In this document: in pieces, positions 12,940 to 25,868 of the stretch | Position numbering within the stretch: position 1 is the first letter of the stretch | Layout of the letters: every line of letters starts with the position of its first letter | Assembly (NCBI GenBank): GCA_964016885.1 | Contig: OZ024740.1 | Coordinates: 274,722,001 to 274,786,000, forward strand | Origin: Eledone cirrhosa | Taxonomy: Eukaryota | DNA length: 64,000 nucleotides | Direction: 5' to 3' | Made by a program: the position numbers and the translations under genes | Notes under the pieces: model-generated | What the model was told of the DNA's origin: nothing | What the model saw: only the letters and a program-made list of their open reading frames with translations | Databases searched by the model: none

Positions 12940-13189
12940 GCTTTCTTTATTAACCACAATGGTCTACATAAAGTAGACATTAAGGACAGTACAGGACAAT
13001 AGAGGGCGGTACAAATGGGCATTTCTGCGTGTAAAAAACAAGAAACAGAGGATGTAATAATAGAACAATGAAAAAATTCCCCAATAGGGAGGAGACTTCC
13101 GAGGGACATTCGTGGAGAAAGCCCATTAAAAAGCCACAGTGACCCTGATCACCAGGGCAAGTGCCCTCTCCCAGTTTTCCACCTTTAAT

Positions 13190-16053
13190 TTACAGACACA
13201 TACTCAGAGTAGGCCCATTCACTCGGGCCATTCTTGCCTCTCTCACCCATCTTTCAACAAAATGCTGGGAAGAGAGCAATTCCCTCTCTACCCTGATTTT
13301 CCTTTTTAAATGAAATTTGAAAAAGTTAATCAGGGCATCACCGAAGAGGTAAGTGCTCGTCTTCAGCCCTTTCAAACGTGTCCACCATACTATCTCTTTC
13401 GCCAAGGCCACCAGACAGATAAAAACTGCCTACCCTTCCCGGCTAAAAGAAGAGGGCGGGGCAATCCTTACGATGGACTCAGCTGATAGCTGGATCCGTC
13501 CTACACGCGACAGCAGGTGTTCGACATAAACCCACAAGTCAGCAATGCTCGGAAACTGGACGAGTGCGTGCAGGACGGTTTCGTCGCCCTGCGCGCATCT
13601 CGGACATGCCCGGCTGACGGCACCTCCATATCTGTAGAGTTTATCCCGAACTGGCAAAGCTCCTGAGTAGCACTGCCAGGCCAGGGATTTCTGGAAGTTG
13701 TCCATAGGCCCCGGCCCGAAAGTTCTTCCAAAGCGATTGGCTAGTTGATTTTCGTCGACGCCTAGAGTTTCCCCAAGTACGTCGTCGCTATTCCCCTCCG
13801 CTAATCCTCCATAAAACGCCAAGGTGGAGTTTCCACCGATCAGATTGCTCGATTGGTCGAGAGCTGTAAGCGCCTGAAGACATTCCAGTCTCCAAGCGCT
13901 CCCTCTCGGTCTTCGGTTGACACAGGACTGCAGCTCCGTCAAGGAGACGAGCTGGGGAAAGACGACCACACCTGATCACCGTCGAGGAAGAGGTGGAGAT
14001 GTCGTAGCCTGAGCGCGTGTCTGATCATCATCAGCCACGGCATTCCCAGCAGATGGACTGCCTGGCAGATGGACCGCCTGACCATCGGAGCGCGTCCCTT
14101 CCACAAAAAAGCGAAAGAGCAAACGCTCTAGCGCAGTCAGGCGGGGCTTAGGACAAGGTACGACGGTCAGGCGGTAGTAGATGACGGACGCGATATACGC
14201 GTTAGCCACCTCCGCTCGACCTTTCAGGGATAGCTTCCTCTCCGCCCATTTCTGGGTGAGAGAAGCCACCCTGCTCGTCACCTCGTCCCAGTTTTTGTCC
14301 GTCTGGAGGTCCGGACCGAACCAGACCCCGAGCAATTTAACCGGTCCGTCCGTCCAGCGCCCGACGACGCTGTTGGACGGCATGGACCTGCCTCTCCAGG
14401 TGCCGAGTTGCAAGCACACTGACTTTTCCTGGTTGATCATTGCTCCTGTCACCACTTCGTATTCTCTTAGTGTAGTGCCGATCGCCTCGATGTGTTTGGC
14501 GTTCGACACCACTACGGTGACATCGTGCGCATATGCTGACACGGATCTTCCGCATCCTAGTTCGCGCGGGACCCCCCTCAACGTCTCCAGTTTGTGCAGT
14601 AATGGCTCGAGAGTCAATACGTACAAGAGGGACGAGAGGGGACATTCTTGGCGGACCGAGCGCATGATTTTGAACGGTTCCGAAAAGTGACCGTTCACTC
14701 TCACCACAGAGCAGATGTCGCTGTGCATGGCAGCGATCCAGCCTCTGAAGACGGGCCCAAAGCCAGCCGCCCTCAGGATTGCCGGTAGGTAACGATGATC
14801 GACCCTATCGAAAGCTTTCGACTGATCTAAATTGATCAAGGACCCTCCCGTAACAGGTTCCCTAGCTACCAACTCTACGATGTATCGCATGAGGTGGAGG
14901 TTGTTGTGGATGGATCTGTCGGGAATGGCGCATGTCTGCGCCTCTCCCACCAGACCACCAACGACAAGCACCTTGGCCAAAATCTTGAACTCTGTGTTTA
15001 GCAGAGTTATGGGCCTAAAATTATCTATGTTATCCCCCTTGTTCGGATCCTTTCTCAGCAGCGCCACATCTCCTCGGCTCACAGAGCTGGGAATTCTCCC
15101 GTTCTGTTGCCAGTTGCAGTAGACGTCCGCCAAGAGGCCTCCGAACAAGTCTGGCATCTGTACGTAAAGTTCATAGGGCAGACTATCCAAACCAGGCGAT
15201 TTACCCCTTGTGCAGCCAGTCATTGCCTCCCGTACTTCAGCGGCTGTTATCGGCTTTTCGCAACACTCCGCCTCAGTGGCCGAGAGCCGCGGCAGTCCGT
15301 CGAGGTAGACACTAAAGTCCAGCCCTCGATCCGGCCCGCCGCTGCCGCCACACAGCTGTGCGAAGTGTCGCTGAAAAGCTTCACACATTTGCCCCGGATC
15401 GAGTAGCATCTATCTATTTTCCTATCTATTTCCCTACAAAATACTCTATCTAGATATGATCTGGATGAACCTATGCGATATGTCCAAGTCCACATTGGCA
15501 CATTCGTGAAATCCAATCGGTACCTGTCAGACAGTTCAAAACGCCTGAGCAGGTGGGTGAGGCTCTTGCACCCTCCTCCCCTATCCGCTAATCCCACACA
15601 GTCCCAGCGTGCATCTAAGATCCCGTTCCAGTCGCCCACTAACACTAAAGAGCGGGACGTTCCAAGAAAGGTCTCCAGACGCAGGAGGAAATCAGGCCGC
15701 CCTGCTCCTGTCGGGGCATAGACGGCCACTTGCCTGAAAGCTTGTCCGTCTCAGCTGGTCACGTCTAGCACCACCAACTTACCTTCTGGGTCCAGGAAGA
15801 TGGCCCGTATGGCGAGATCCAAACCTCTCCAGAAAAGCACAGCAACTCCTCCCCCCGATCCAGGACGGCTGGGAGATGCGTACACATCGTAGCCGCCGAA
15901 GATCGGTGCGAAGGCCCGTGCTTCGGAGATTCTGGTCTCGCTGATGGCCACTACATCTATGTTTAGTGACCCGAGGTCGTTGAGCAGGTGGCCCTGCTTC
16001 CATGACGACCCCAAGCCACGCGCATTTATGCTGCCTATTCTGAGTGAGGTCAT
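13190..16053 (-). pseudogene. LINE ORF2 (APE endonuclease + RT + C-terminal zinc finger), disrupted
   Basis: IGSINARGL, VAISET, VYAP, LVGDWN, SYLDR; KSPGLD, FRPITLLN.EFKIL, LDQSKAFDRVDH, SVRQECPLS, YAHD (degenerate YADD); CPRC..DETVLH. Confidence 0.92.
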
Positions 16054-16087
16054 GTTGAAATGGAGTGGTAAAGATTGGAAAGACCAC

Positions 16088-18163
16088 TTACCTTACTTCT
16101 CGTAGAGGAAGGATGGTTTCTCCATCCATTTTCACTTGATCGTCTGGTGAAGGGACCGTTGAATCGTCCCTTCGGCTGATCGTCGGCTCTTCTGTGAGTA
16201 TATCCGAATATACTCTCCGGTTGAGTGTCCCTCCTAGGTCTCTGAAATCACCAACTGCGTTGGGGAATTTTATTTTAATGTTTGTGTATTGTTTCTGTGC
16301 TATTCTTACCAGTCTTATGTTCGTTGGTGTTTTGATTGGTGCTGGTATTATGTAGTCGTGCTGTGAAATGTCTGTGTGTTCAATTATGTAAGTCATTAGT
16401 TTCTTGTGTGTATTTATTGCTGTGCATTTCTTTTTCTGGGGGTGGGGTGTGGTTCTGTTATTTTTTTGTCGTTGTTGCTGGGTGTGTGTGTTTTGTTGTT
16501 GTGTTTGCGATGTTGGTGCTTGTGGTGGTGGTGTTGAGGGTGTTGTTGTTGTTGGCGGTGGGGTTGCCGCCGGTGGTGATGGTGGTGCTAGTGTTGGTGG
16601 TGATGGTGTTGCTGCTGTAAGTCTCTTTGCATTAGCCTTTACCCTTTTTTCATTGCTTCCTTCCCTTTTCGAAGGCGACGATGCGCTGCTTCTGCGTTTG
16701 TGCCTTCTTACGACCTTTTGCCATCTCTCTCCCACCTCACACTCCATGTCCGATTCTGTGAGGTCGGGGAGGAGTACCAGCTCCACTCTTTTACTTGTTC
16801 TTGTTGGTGATGTTTGCAGTGGAGTCTCTGTTGCAGCTGTAGTTGGTATTACTGTGTTGTTGTTAATACTTCAACTGCTGCTGCTGCTGTTCTTGATTTC
16901 CGTGGCGTGGGTGCCACGGACCAATCCTTCCTGCTTGCCGCCTGTCCTGTTGCTGGTAGCAGTGGAGCCGGTTTCGGAAGGAGGAGGATTTTCTCCTTTC
17001 TTAGGGTCTTCTCATTGCAGAAGGCTCTGAGGTGAGTCTTCGACCCACAACGAAAGCATTTCGGGCGTTTGCCCTCAACACTTATGGGCAGTTGAGTGCC
17101 GTTATCGAAGTGTGTCACATCCGGGATAGCTTCGATGCACTCCTGGTGGGTTTGAATTAACATCTCAATGGAGGCGCCGACCCAATCTTCTCGTACTTTT
17201 TTCTGTACTTGCAGTACAGTTGTTTTGTCCTCGAATCCGACGAGGACAGACGCGGCCAGCCAAGAAGGGGCCATCCCGGGGGGGGGGGGGGGGGGTCAGT
17301 TTGACCCTCACAATTTTTTGCCCGCAGTAGGAGGGCACCAACACCATTTCCTCGCTCCTTAGGGTCACTAAGGATTGAGCCTTTACCTCCTGGGGTGTGG
17401 CAAAAAGCACGTCCACGGTGGCATATTTCTTGCCTCGGGTGATATGCGTTTTCCGCTGCCACGCAGACCCTAAGGCTTTTTGTATTTGAGCCTCTGTAGC
17501 TCTTTCAACCCTACGTGATTTTGTGCTTACTGTATGGTACGTGACCGTAGAGTGCTGTTGGGTTTCGGCTGCCTTGCAGATTGCTCGGTGTCCGGTTTTC
17601 GTCACCATCTTCTTTGTTTCCTGTAATTCCTCATTTTTTATAAGGAAGGTTTCCAGGTTCTTTGCGATACCTGCAAACGAGATTGGTTTTTCTTTCTTGT
17701 TGTTGTTGTTGTTGTCGTCAGAGCTGCTGTTACTTTTGTTGTTGCTGCTGGTACTACGACCGCCGCCGCCGCTGTTACTGTGGTTGTTGTTGTTGTTGCT
17801 GCTGCTGTTGTTGCTGCTGCTGTTGTTGTTTATGCTGCTGCTGCTGCTGCTGCTGCTATTACGGCTGCTGCTGCTATTCTTCATGACGTCAGACGAATGA
17901 AATGGCTTTCCGTATTTACCGCACACATTTTTCGTTGTTGTCGTCGTCGTGGAGAAATTTTCCACGGTATGCACGTTCTCTTGGTGAAAGCTACCAGAAA
18001 CTATATTATACTTTTTCTTTAATGGCGTCGCTTGCGAAAGAGACGACACCACATTTAGAGAAGGGAGGGAGAGACACAATCTTCTCTCTGATGTAGTGAC
18101 GATTGAGGAAGAAGAAGACGGAATGAGTGGGAGTGACTTGTGAAAATTCTTTTTTGTAGCCAT
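16088..18163 (-). pseudogene. LINE ORF1 (gag-like, CCHC zinc knuckle), frameshifted
   Basis: MATKKNF start, Ser/Asn tract, ISVEGKRPKCFRCGSKTHLRAFC, Pro/Thr-rich C-terminal part. Frameshifts near the G-run at about 17280 and near 16850. Confidence 0.8.
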
Positions 18164-18809
18164 GTTCTTTTTACGGTTTAAAATGAATTTTGGGCACAAA
18201 ACCCCAATAAGCGGTTTTTTAACCCCGAAAGGCCAAATAACGGGCAGAAAGACCCCTCTCACGAGGAGGGGGGTGTTTTTATCTACAATTTGGTTCAAGT
18301 TTTAAACAATTTACAATTGTTATAGCGGTTAAAAAATACTATACCTTACAGAGCCGAGCCTCCGTCAACCATGGCATTCAATAATAATAATAATAATAAT
18401 AATAATTGTTTCTACAAGGCCAGCAACTACCCAGTACATTACCGCTACTTTATTTTATCGACCCCGTAAGGATGAAACACAATAACAAAAAGACAAAGAA
18501 TCGATCATTTTATCAAACGAACCAGCGAAATAAAGTTTCCATTGACTTTTCCATTGCCGATACTATATGGCAGTCATACTTCCTGGCAGAAGGAATCAAA
18601 CAACACACAGAACCAAATCAGATGCCATAAATTATTCTGTCCGACGCTTTACCAATTACGCTAATCTACCTGAATGACAATTTATCTACTGGTCTTAAAG
18701 GCAAAGTTGACTTCGGTTGGGTTTGAACTCAGAGATCAGTGATCTGGATCAACTACCGAAATATATGATGCGACTTCCTAACGGCATTGTTTCTTTTTAA
18801 CAGAGGTCT

Positions 18810-19420
18810 CTCTCTCTATCTATCTATCTATCTATCTCTGTATTTCCCCACCCTCTATATCTATCTCTGTATTCCCCCCCCCTCTCTCTCTCTCCCTCGC
18901 TCTCTCTATCTATGTACGTATCTATGTCTATCTATATCTCTGTATTTCTCCCCCCCCCTCTCTCTCTCCCTCGCTCTCTCTATCTATGTACGTATCTATG
19001 TCTATCTATATCTCTGTATTTCCCCCCTCTCTCTCTCTCCCTCGCTCTCTCTATCTATGTACGTATCTATGTCTATCTATATCTCTGTATTTCTCCCCCC
19101 CCCCTCTCTCTCTCCCTCGCTCTCTCTATCTATGTACGTATCTATGTCTATCTATATCTCTGTATTTCTCCCCCCCCCCTCTCTCCCTCGCTCTCTCTAT
19201 CTATGTACGTATCTATGTCTATCTATATCTCTGTATTTCTCCCCCCCCCCTCTCTCTCTCCCTCGCTCTCTCTATCTATGTACGTATCTATGTCTATCTA
19301 TATCTCTGTATTTCTCCCCCCCTCTCCCTCTCTCTCCCTCGCTCTCTCTATCTATGTACGTATCTATGTCTATCTATATCTCTGTATTTCTCCCCCCCCC
19401 CGCCCTGCCTCTCTCTCTCT
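18810..19420 (+). repeat. About 62-bp pyrimidine-rich minisatellite, about 9 copies
   Basis: Unit CTCTCTCCCTCGCTCTCTCTATCTATGTACGTATCTATGTCTATCTATATCTCTGTATTTCTC(C)n. Confidence 0.95.
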
Positions 19421-19837
19421 GAAAGAAAGAACTGTAATCACACTTGTAATCACACTTGCCTCTATTACCTTTATACATAGAAAAAGAGCTTGTCTTTACA
19501 CGTTTCAGAGTTGGTCTTTTCCGCATAAGATTACTGCGTACTTTCGTTTGGCGATGTGATTAATTGAAAAATAAATATATATGCATATCACAGCATATAT
19601 TAGGGAATTTGAGACAAATGTAATGTAGATATAACAATCAGAAAGAAGAACAAACATACTTTACCCCCATTCCCTCTATACGCAAAAAAACACAAATTAT
19701 TAACTTTACGCATTTCTGAGATTATTGTCTCCTCATCAGGTGACATCTAACCATATGATTCTTCACTGCTTGCTTCTTTTGTAATCTACACATATTTTCA
19801 CTAGCCATAGTAAATGTATTTACCAGCTCGGTTTTGA

Positions 19838-20082
19838 AATAATTGTTTCTACTTTTGGCACAAGACCAGCAATTATTCCATGCATTACTGGTACTTTATT
19901 TTATCGACCCCCGTAAGGATGAAAGGCAAAGTTAACCTCGGCGGGATTTGAACACAGACCGTAAAGGGCCGTAACTCTTGTTGCAAAGCATTGTGTCTGA
20001 CGCTCTGCCGATACTGCCAATCCACGACCCTCTGAAATAATTGTGTCTACTTTAGGCACAAGGCCAGCAATTACCCAGTGCA
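19838..20082 (-). mobile_element. SINE plus partial copy
   Basis: Family match. Confidence 0.88.
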
Positions 20083-20204
20083 TAAGAACCACGTAGCTCT
20101 TTTGATTTAACATTCAAAACAGGCAATCATTAAAATATACGATATTCATCAAACTTCCACATTGTTATAAACACCCATAAACCAAAGCCACTTAAACACC
20201 CTTT

Positions 20205-20395
20205 TTTAGTGATTGACAACATCCAAGACCTCACTCGCTTACCAAGTGGAGCGGAACACGTCAAATGGACCAAGGAAGAAGCAACGTGAAATAAAGTATC
20301 TTGCTCAAGGACATATCGCATCGCCCTGCCCTGGAATTGTACTCGCAATTTCACTATTTGAATCCAATTCTGTAACTATTTGAACACGCCGCCTT
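20205..20395 (-). mobile_element. Older SINE of a second family
   Basis: TGAAATAAAG..TCTTGCTCAAGGACA motif shared with 52515-52745. Confidence 0.5.
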
Positions 20396-21211
20396 CTCCT
20401 TACTCATAATGAACATTCTTTAAAATCAAGGTTCAAGCATGCAGTTCTCAAATATACTACATATTGTTGCACGTACTCTATTACCAAGCACCTATCCTCT
20501 ATCCTTGTGTGTGCAATATGTTTATATATTTGTATACTCATCTGTGAATTCTATATTCTCCGTTTTATTAGCGGAAACTGTACAATTTTAGCTTGTGCAT
20601 ATAAGGAGTTTTAAACACCATAAAACCGGCCGCCTGTCGATCGGAATCGTGAAACTCCGAGTTGGAATATTTACACACACACACACACACACATATATAT
20701 GTATATACATATATGTATATACACACATACACGCACACTTTCTCTCTCTCTGTATCTCTATCTCTCACGCACACGCAAACACACACGCGCGCGCACACGC
20801 ACACATATATATATATATGTCTGTGTGTGTGTGTGTATACTATAGGAAAATAAAATGAAAGAAAAAATGGAACAAAAGTAAGAATTCCCAAACCGACAAC
20901 AAATCTAGAAATGGCGGTTGATGATGATGATGATGATGATAATGATGATGGTGATGGTAGTGGTGGTGGTGGTGGTGATGGTGATGGTGGTGGTGGTGAT
21001 AGTAGTGAGGACAACAACGACGATGATGATCAACATCAAAGTTAAGATAGAAGAAAAAGAAAAGAGTCAAATAAAATTATCTTCGAATAGTTCCATCATG
21101 TGTGAAAGCAGAAATTCCATTCTCGTTTGAAGACAGTAAATAAGCGAAACCATATTCGAGCCATCACTTTTCTTATTCCCTCTCTACTAAACTTATGCTC
21201 ATACCAACGCT

Positions 21212-21400
21212 AATAATTGTTTCTACTTTTGGCACAAGGCCAGCAATACCCAGTGTATTACTGGTACTTTATTTTATCGACCCCCGTAAGGATGAAAGAC
21301 AAAATTAACCACGGGGGGATTTGAACTCAGTCCGTAAAGGGACGTAACTATGCTAGAAAGCTTGGCGTCCAGCCCTCTACCGATACTGCCAATTCACACG
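21212..21400 (-). mobile_element. SINE
   Basis: Family match. ACGCTAATAAT duplication on both sides. Confidence 0.9.
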
Positions 21401-21994
21401 CTAATAATACTGATATTTTCAACTAGGCACAAGACCATATGTAGTTGCTGTAGGTGTGGTTACTGTTGTTGTTGCTGTTGTTGCTGTTACTGCTGTTTAG
21501 CCAGAAGTTGGCTTTGAATTTTATCAAAATCGCATATGATCAAAGGCGTTACAACCACGACCATCCTGTCTTTTTTCTTTTCTTTCTTTTTTTGTATAGT
21601 TAGGAATAAATTGGACTGCTATTTCCAGCACGTTGAGCGACTGCCGTAAGGCTACCTCGCTGGTTAGTTTTCTGTTTTTGTCCTTGTTTGTGTTATTGTT
21701 TTTAAGAAAGTTTATCTTTTTCTAGAATATATTATCTAATGTATAAATCTCCCGTTTTATAAAGGCAGGATTGTGTAATTTTAGGGAAATGTGGCTGTTC
21801 TTTATAGCAGGTCAAGTGACAACACGCTTCTGATTTTTTTTTTGGGGGGGGGGGGGGGGGTTAATATATTTCATTGTGGAAAAACAAGAAAATAAAAGGA
21901 GAAACAATAGGAAAGAAAGAATAGGAAAATATAGAAAAAAGAGAGAGAAAGAAAGAAGAAAAAGAACGGGAAGGGCAGGGGTAAAGAGAGAGGT

Positions 21995-22152
21995 TAATTA
22001 GGCTTTTGGCCTAGGGCAATAGGGCAGAAGTGCTGCGCCCCGCTGAAAAGACGGTGAAAGCATTCCCCCGGAGGATGGACAGTGACACCCGCTGCAACAG
22101 CCACCCAACCTCACGAGGCTCCCTCCTCAGACGGGCCGCCGACGCTCCGTTG
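21995..22152 (-). pseudogene. CRE-clade non-LTR retrotransposon 3' fragment
   Basis: Translates REPREVGWLLQRVSLSILRGNAFTV, matching the QRxSxxIxRGNA motif at the end of the CRE restriction-like endonuclease. Confidence 0.7.
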
Positions 22153-23096
22153 TTTTCTACTAAAAGGTTACAAGTAAATTGAATTCATTCTGTACATATC
22201 ATATTTTGTCACTGCCTTCAATAATCAACGAAGCCTTCAGCGTGATCACTCAATATTCTAGAAATAACAGCCGAATCTCCCTCAAATTAGATTCTACCAA
22301 ATTAAAAAAGGAAGAAATATTGAAACAATGAAATTTTACATATACGAAAAGACGGAATAGACACGACTGGAATGTTTATTGGTGAAAGGTTTCCAATGCC
22401 AAGACTGGTTCTAAGTTGTGTACTAAGCAACAGCAGCAGCAACTAATGCTTAATTTATTGGTCATAGACGGATGAATGTCAAAATTGTAGTTTGGTAAGT
22501 ATTTAATCTCGTAACCTACTTGTATTTATACTTATGGCAGCATTCACTCGGGGTGGGTTAAGCCGACTCAATCGAAGCCATTCACGCAGTTAGTTCATTT
22601 CAATGGATTTTCTTTGGGCAATTGGTTTCACAAGCAGTGTTCGACGGCAAGTATATGGACCTGAAGATAGTGAAGTCCGAACAGTCCATCGGTAAGAGCG
22701 CCGAGCTCTCCCTTTCACACACAATCCAATTTGATGGATCCAGTGCTACGACGGGGATGCATGGCATGGAGTTTGGCCAGCTAAGGAGATAAATACAATC
22801 TATTTGAGCCATTTTGTAGGCCAGCAGGAATTCACTCAACTGCCAGGCTCAGGCATTCCGACCCTCTTAACAATGAAGAACGAAGCAAAATACAAAATGG
22901 TAATTACTCCAGCACCCTATCAAACAATAAAAATGGTTTCTAATTTAGCTATAGGGTCAGTAATTAGTGTAGAGAGGAATGTCAATTATATCGACCTCAA
23001 TACATTACTGGTACTTTATTTTATTGTCTTCGATACGGTGATAGGCAAAGTTGACCTCGGCAGGATTTGGACTTAAAATGTAATGAGTCTAAACAA

Positions 23097-23280
23097 ATAA
23101 TTGTTTCTACTTTAGGCACAAGGCCAGCAATTACCCAGTGCATTACTGGTACTTTATTTTATTGACCCCGTAAGGAAGAAAGGCAAAGTCAACCTCGACG
23201 ATTTGAACTCAGATCGTAAAGGGACGTAACTATGCTGGAAAGCATGGCGTCCGACCCTCTACCGATATTGCCAATCCACG
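23097..23280 (-). mobile_element. SINE
   Basis: Family match. Confidence 0.9.
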
Positions 23281-23643
23281 AAACGCTCTAATGTCTCTGC
23301 CAATCTACTACCAAACGATAATAGTTTCTGATTTAGACACAAGGCGAAAATTATTGTTGATAAAGGATTAAGTGCAGTGGAAAAGAAAGGAGTTTCTTTG
23401 GTGGATGGGTGACTGGCCAATGGAATATTCTAAATATACGAGGTTTGGAAATTAGAGACCAATCTTAATTTAACAGTTGTCAGTATAGTTTTTACATTTG
23501 CAGTAAATATATAAAACTTAATATATAAGAAATATGACCGTTGTCTGGTTTGTTGTAAACACATTTGTCTGAGCTACAGACATTATCCTCTTCATCTCTC
23601 TTTCCCCTCTATCTCTGGCAATGAAAATCGTATTTTATTACGC

Positions 23644-23724
<81 letters not shown>

Positions 23725-23942
23725 GTTAAAGATGTACATCCATATATGTATACTGAAATACTAGTATGTATATGAATACACACACGTATACATATGTAGA
23801 TGTACCAAGTTTTTTTCACTGGTCACTTTACTGTGAGTGGCCAGCTATTCTGTATGTAAACACACAGACAAACCGGTTTTTAGAGTCATACTGGTTTTTG
23901 AGGAAACACCTTTCCTCTATTCTCCAGAATATTCGTTATTTG

Positions 23943-24021
<79 letters not shown>

Positions 24022-24040
24022 TATATATATATAATATATG

Positions 24041-24480
24041 ATGGCTGCAAACTGCTAAAACTATTGCAATCACTTGTCAGATTCAGATGTGTGACGCTCG
24101 GATATGGCTTTTCAAGCCTGCTAGAGACTTGCACTCCTTCGCACATTGACGACAACTATGGATCTCCCTGGCCTCAGGTCTTGCATCAGGTTGCTTGTGA
24201 ACCCTCACAATATCGGGGTGATCATAGTTCACTGGTTCTCTTCGAATATGGCTGCGACTGTGGCTCTCGAGACTAGATTTGCTCAAGCATATCTTTCCAC
24301 ACACAGGGCACACCAATTCATGGAGACACCAATCATTTCGAGACATACACTAGGGCATTGTTTACTCACATCCTGTTTCATCTTCTTGTGCTCTATGCGT
24401 CTGTCCTCAAAATTATGGGCTCCATCATTCACCATTCCACGCCAAGTTTCTCTTTCAAGAGCTTCTATCTTCCAACATGT
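24041..24480 (-). pseudogene. RTE-type LINE 3' fragment with two C2H2 zinc fingers
   Basis: WKIEALERETWRGMVNDGAHNFEDRR; CPVCGKICLSKSSLESHSRSH; [22 protein letters not shown]. Ends at (TA)n. Confidence 0.7.
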
Positions 24481-24690
24481 AAACCAGCACATCCTGTCTC
24501 GTGGTCGGTTCGTCGGTGATTAAACCGGCAACCCTACCAAGCTTCCTTGGTGAGGAGGGTGATAGTTGTACACCCTGCGGGATGAAATACAAGACCCAGC
24601 AAAGGGATATATATATATATGTACACATATACATACAGACATACAAACATGCATACATAAATGCATACATATTACATACATACATATATA

Positions 24691-25302
24691 CATGGTGGCT
24701 GCCAACTCGTTTTCGAGTACGGCCACTACTTTATATCCATGTAGGAGAACCCCTACCGATGCGCTGAACGAGTGTGACTTTTTAGTCCAGCCAGCGACTT
24801 GAAAACTCTGGTACAAACACTACACTTGTGACAATTACTGACACATAGTGCTGGGCCCATGGTACCATGTGACGACAAGTGCAGAGAGATCTCCAGATAT
24901 AAAGCAATGCCTGTGCCGTGAAGCTTTTATAGTGAGCAAAGGCACTGCACAAAGCCAGTCCCACTCTCTTAACCAAGATGATATTTACCAAAAAGAAGAA
25001 CAAGTCAACATCATTGGATACCATCAGGGTTGCAGGTGTTATATCAGAGTTTTCCTTCTCCTAGAATTCTGCCTTGACAAAGGCTAAGGGGTCATCTCTC
25101 CCGGTGATTTTGGATGGCCATTGACTCTTAAGAGCTCCTTTGCCCTTTGACAGGTTTTGTTTTTAGTCCTGCAGGATGTCCAAAGTCACCCTCCTCACCA
25201 AGAAACCTTGGTGGGGTTGCCAGTTTAGTCGCCAACGACCCGACCATGAGACAGGTTGTACTGGGATACATGTTACCAGTAGCACCAACTGGTGACCTGA
25301 CA
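24691..25302 (-). mobile_element. About 610-bp non-autonomous element (RTE 5'UTR-like)
   Basis: Close inverted-orientation copy at 57629-58240. Contains CTAGGAGAAGGAAAACTCTGA, a motif I recall from RTE 5' UTRs. Embedded in (TA)/(TACA)n. Confidence 0.75.
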
Positions 25303-25675
25303 TATATACATACATACATACATACATGCATACATACATCACTTATTTCTCAGTACAACAGCAGATTGTCTATGAACGACAAGAATGTCATAATAGTGAG
25401 AGGGAAAGAAAGAGAGAGAGAGAGGGTGAGAGAGACATATAGAGACAAACAGACAGATGCAGATAGGCGATGCGTAATGTCTAAATATCAAAATATAAGC
25501 CTTAATCTTCCATCACAAGACAAAAGGTGTGGAGAAAAACCCATTCCAACGCCTTCAATTAGCAAGATGTTCCGAAAACCATTTTATATATATTACTTAA
25601 AACGTTGTAAAATTACAACTCCTTAGTCAGTTCAGTTATTTAAGTTTGCTCATGACACATAACAACAGTAATAAC

Positions 25676-25868
25676 AGAGCTGCCAACCCCTAAAAACCCT
25701 AACAGGGAGTACCATGAAAAAAAGTACTCCAAAACGGGGAGAAATGAGGCAAAATAGGAAATTTTACGTAATGAAATCTATACCTAGTTTCACAAGAGAA
25801 GACATCTCTCACCCAATGAGCCAAAATGGAGAGATTTCCCCGTCGGACGGGGAGAGTCTACAGGTCTG
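25676..25868. mobile_element. Probable hAT-type MITE (second copy about 28285-28450, inverted)
   Basis: CAGAGCTG...CAGGTCTG ends. Internal GAAATGAGGCAAAAT and GAGCCAAAA shared with the 28.3 kb copy. Confidence 0.5.

Larger units (their letters stand above)
12939..18380 (-). mobile_element. Tx1/L1-clade LINE, near full length, inactive
   Basis: Two-ORF layout. 3' AATAAA followed by (ATT)n at 12912-12939. 5' end abuts (ATT)n at 18380-18405. GC-rich relative to flanks. Confidence 0.92.

Noticed and set aside
14181-15721. Plus-strand ORFs inside the LINE
   Set aside because: Antisense shadows of GC-rich ORF2.
22715-22781. Possible minus-strand terminal exon (LAKLHAMHPRRSTGSIKLDCV*) after CTCCTTAG
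   Set aside because: No recognisable homology and no linkable upstream exons. Cannot be supported without RNA data.
24083-24346. Host C2H2 zinc-finger gene
   Set aside because: Contiguous with the RTE C-terminal motif and ends at a microsatellite, so it is a LINE remnant.
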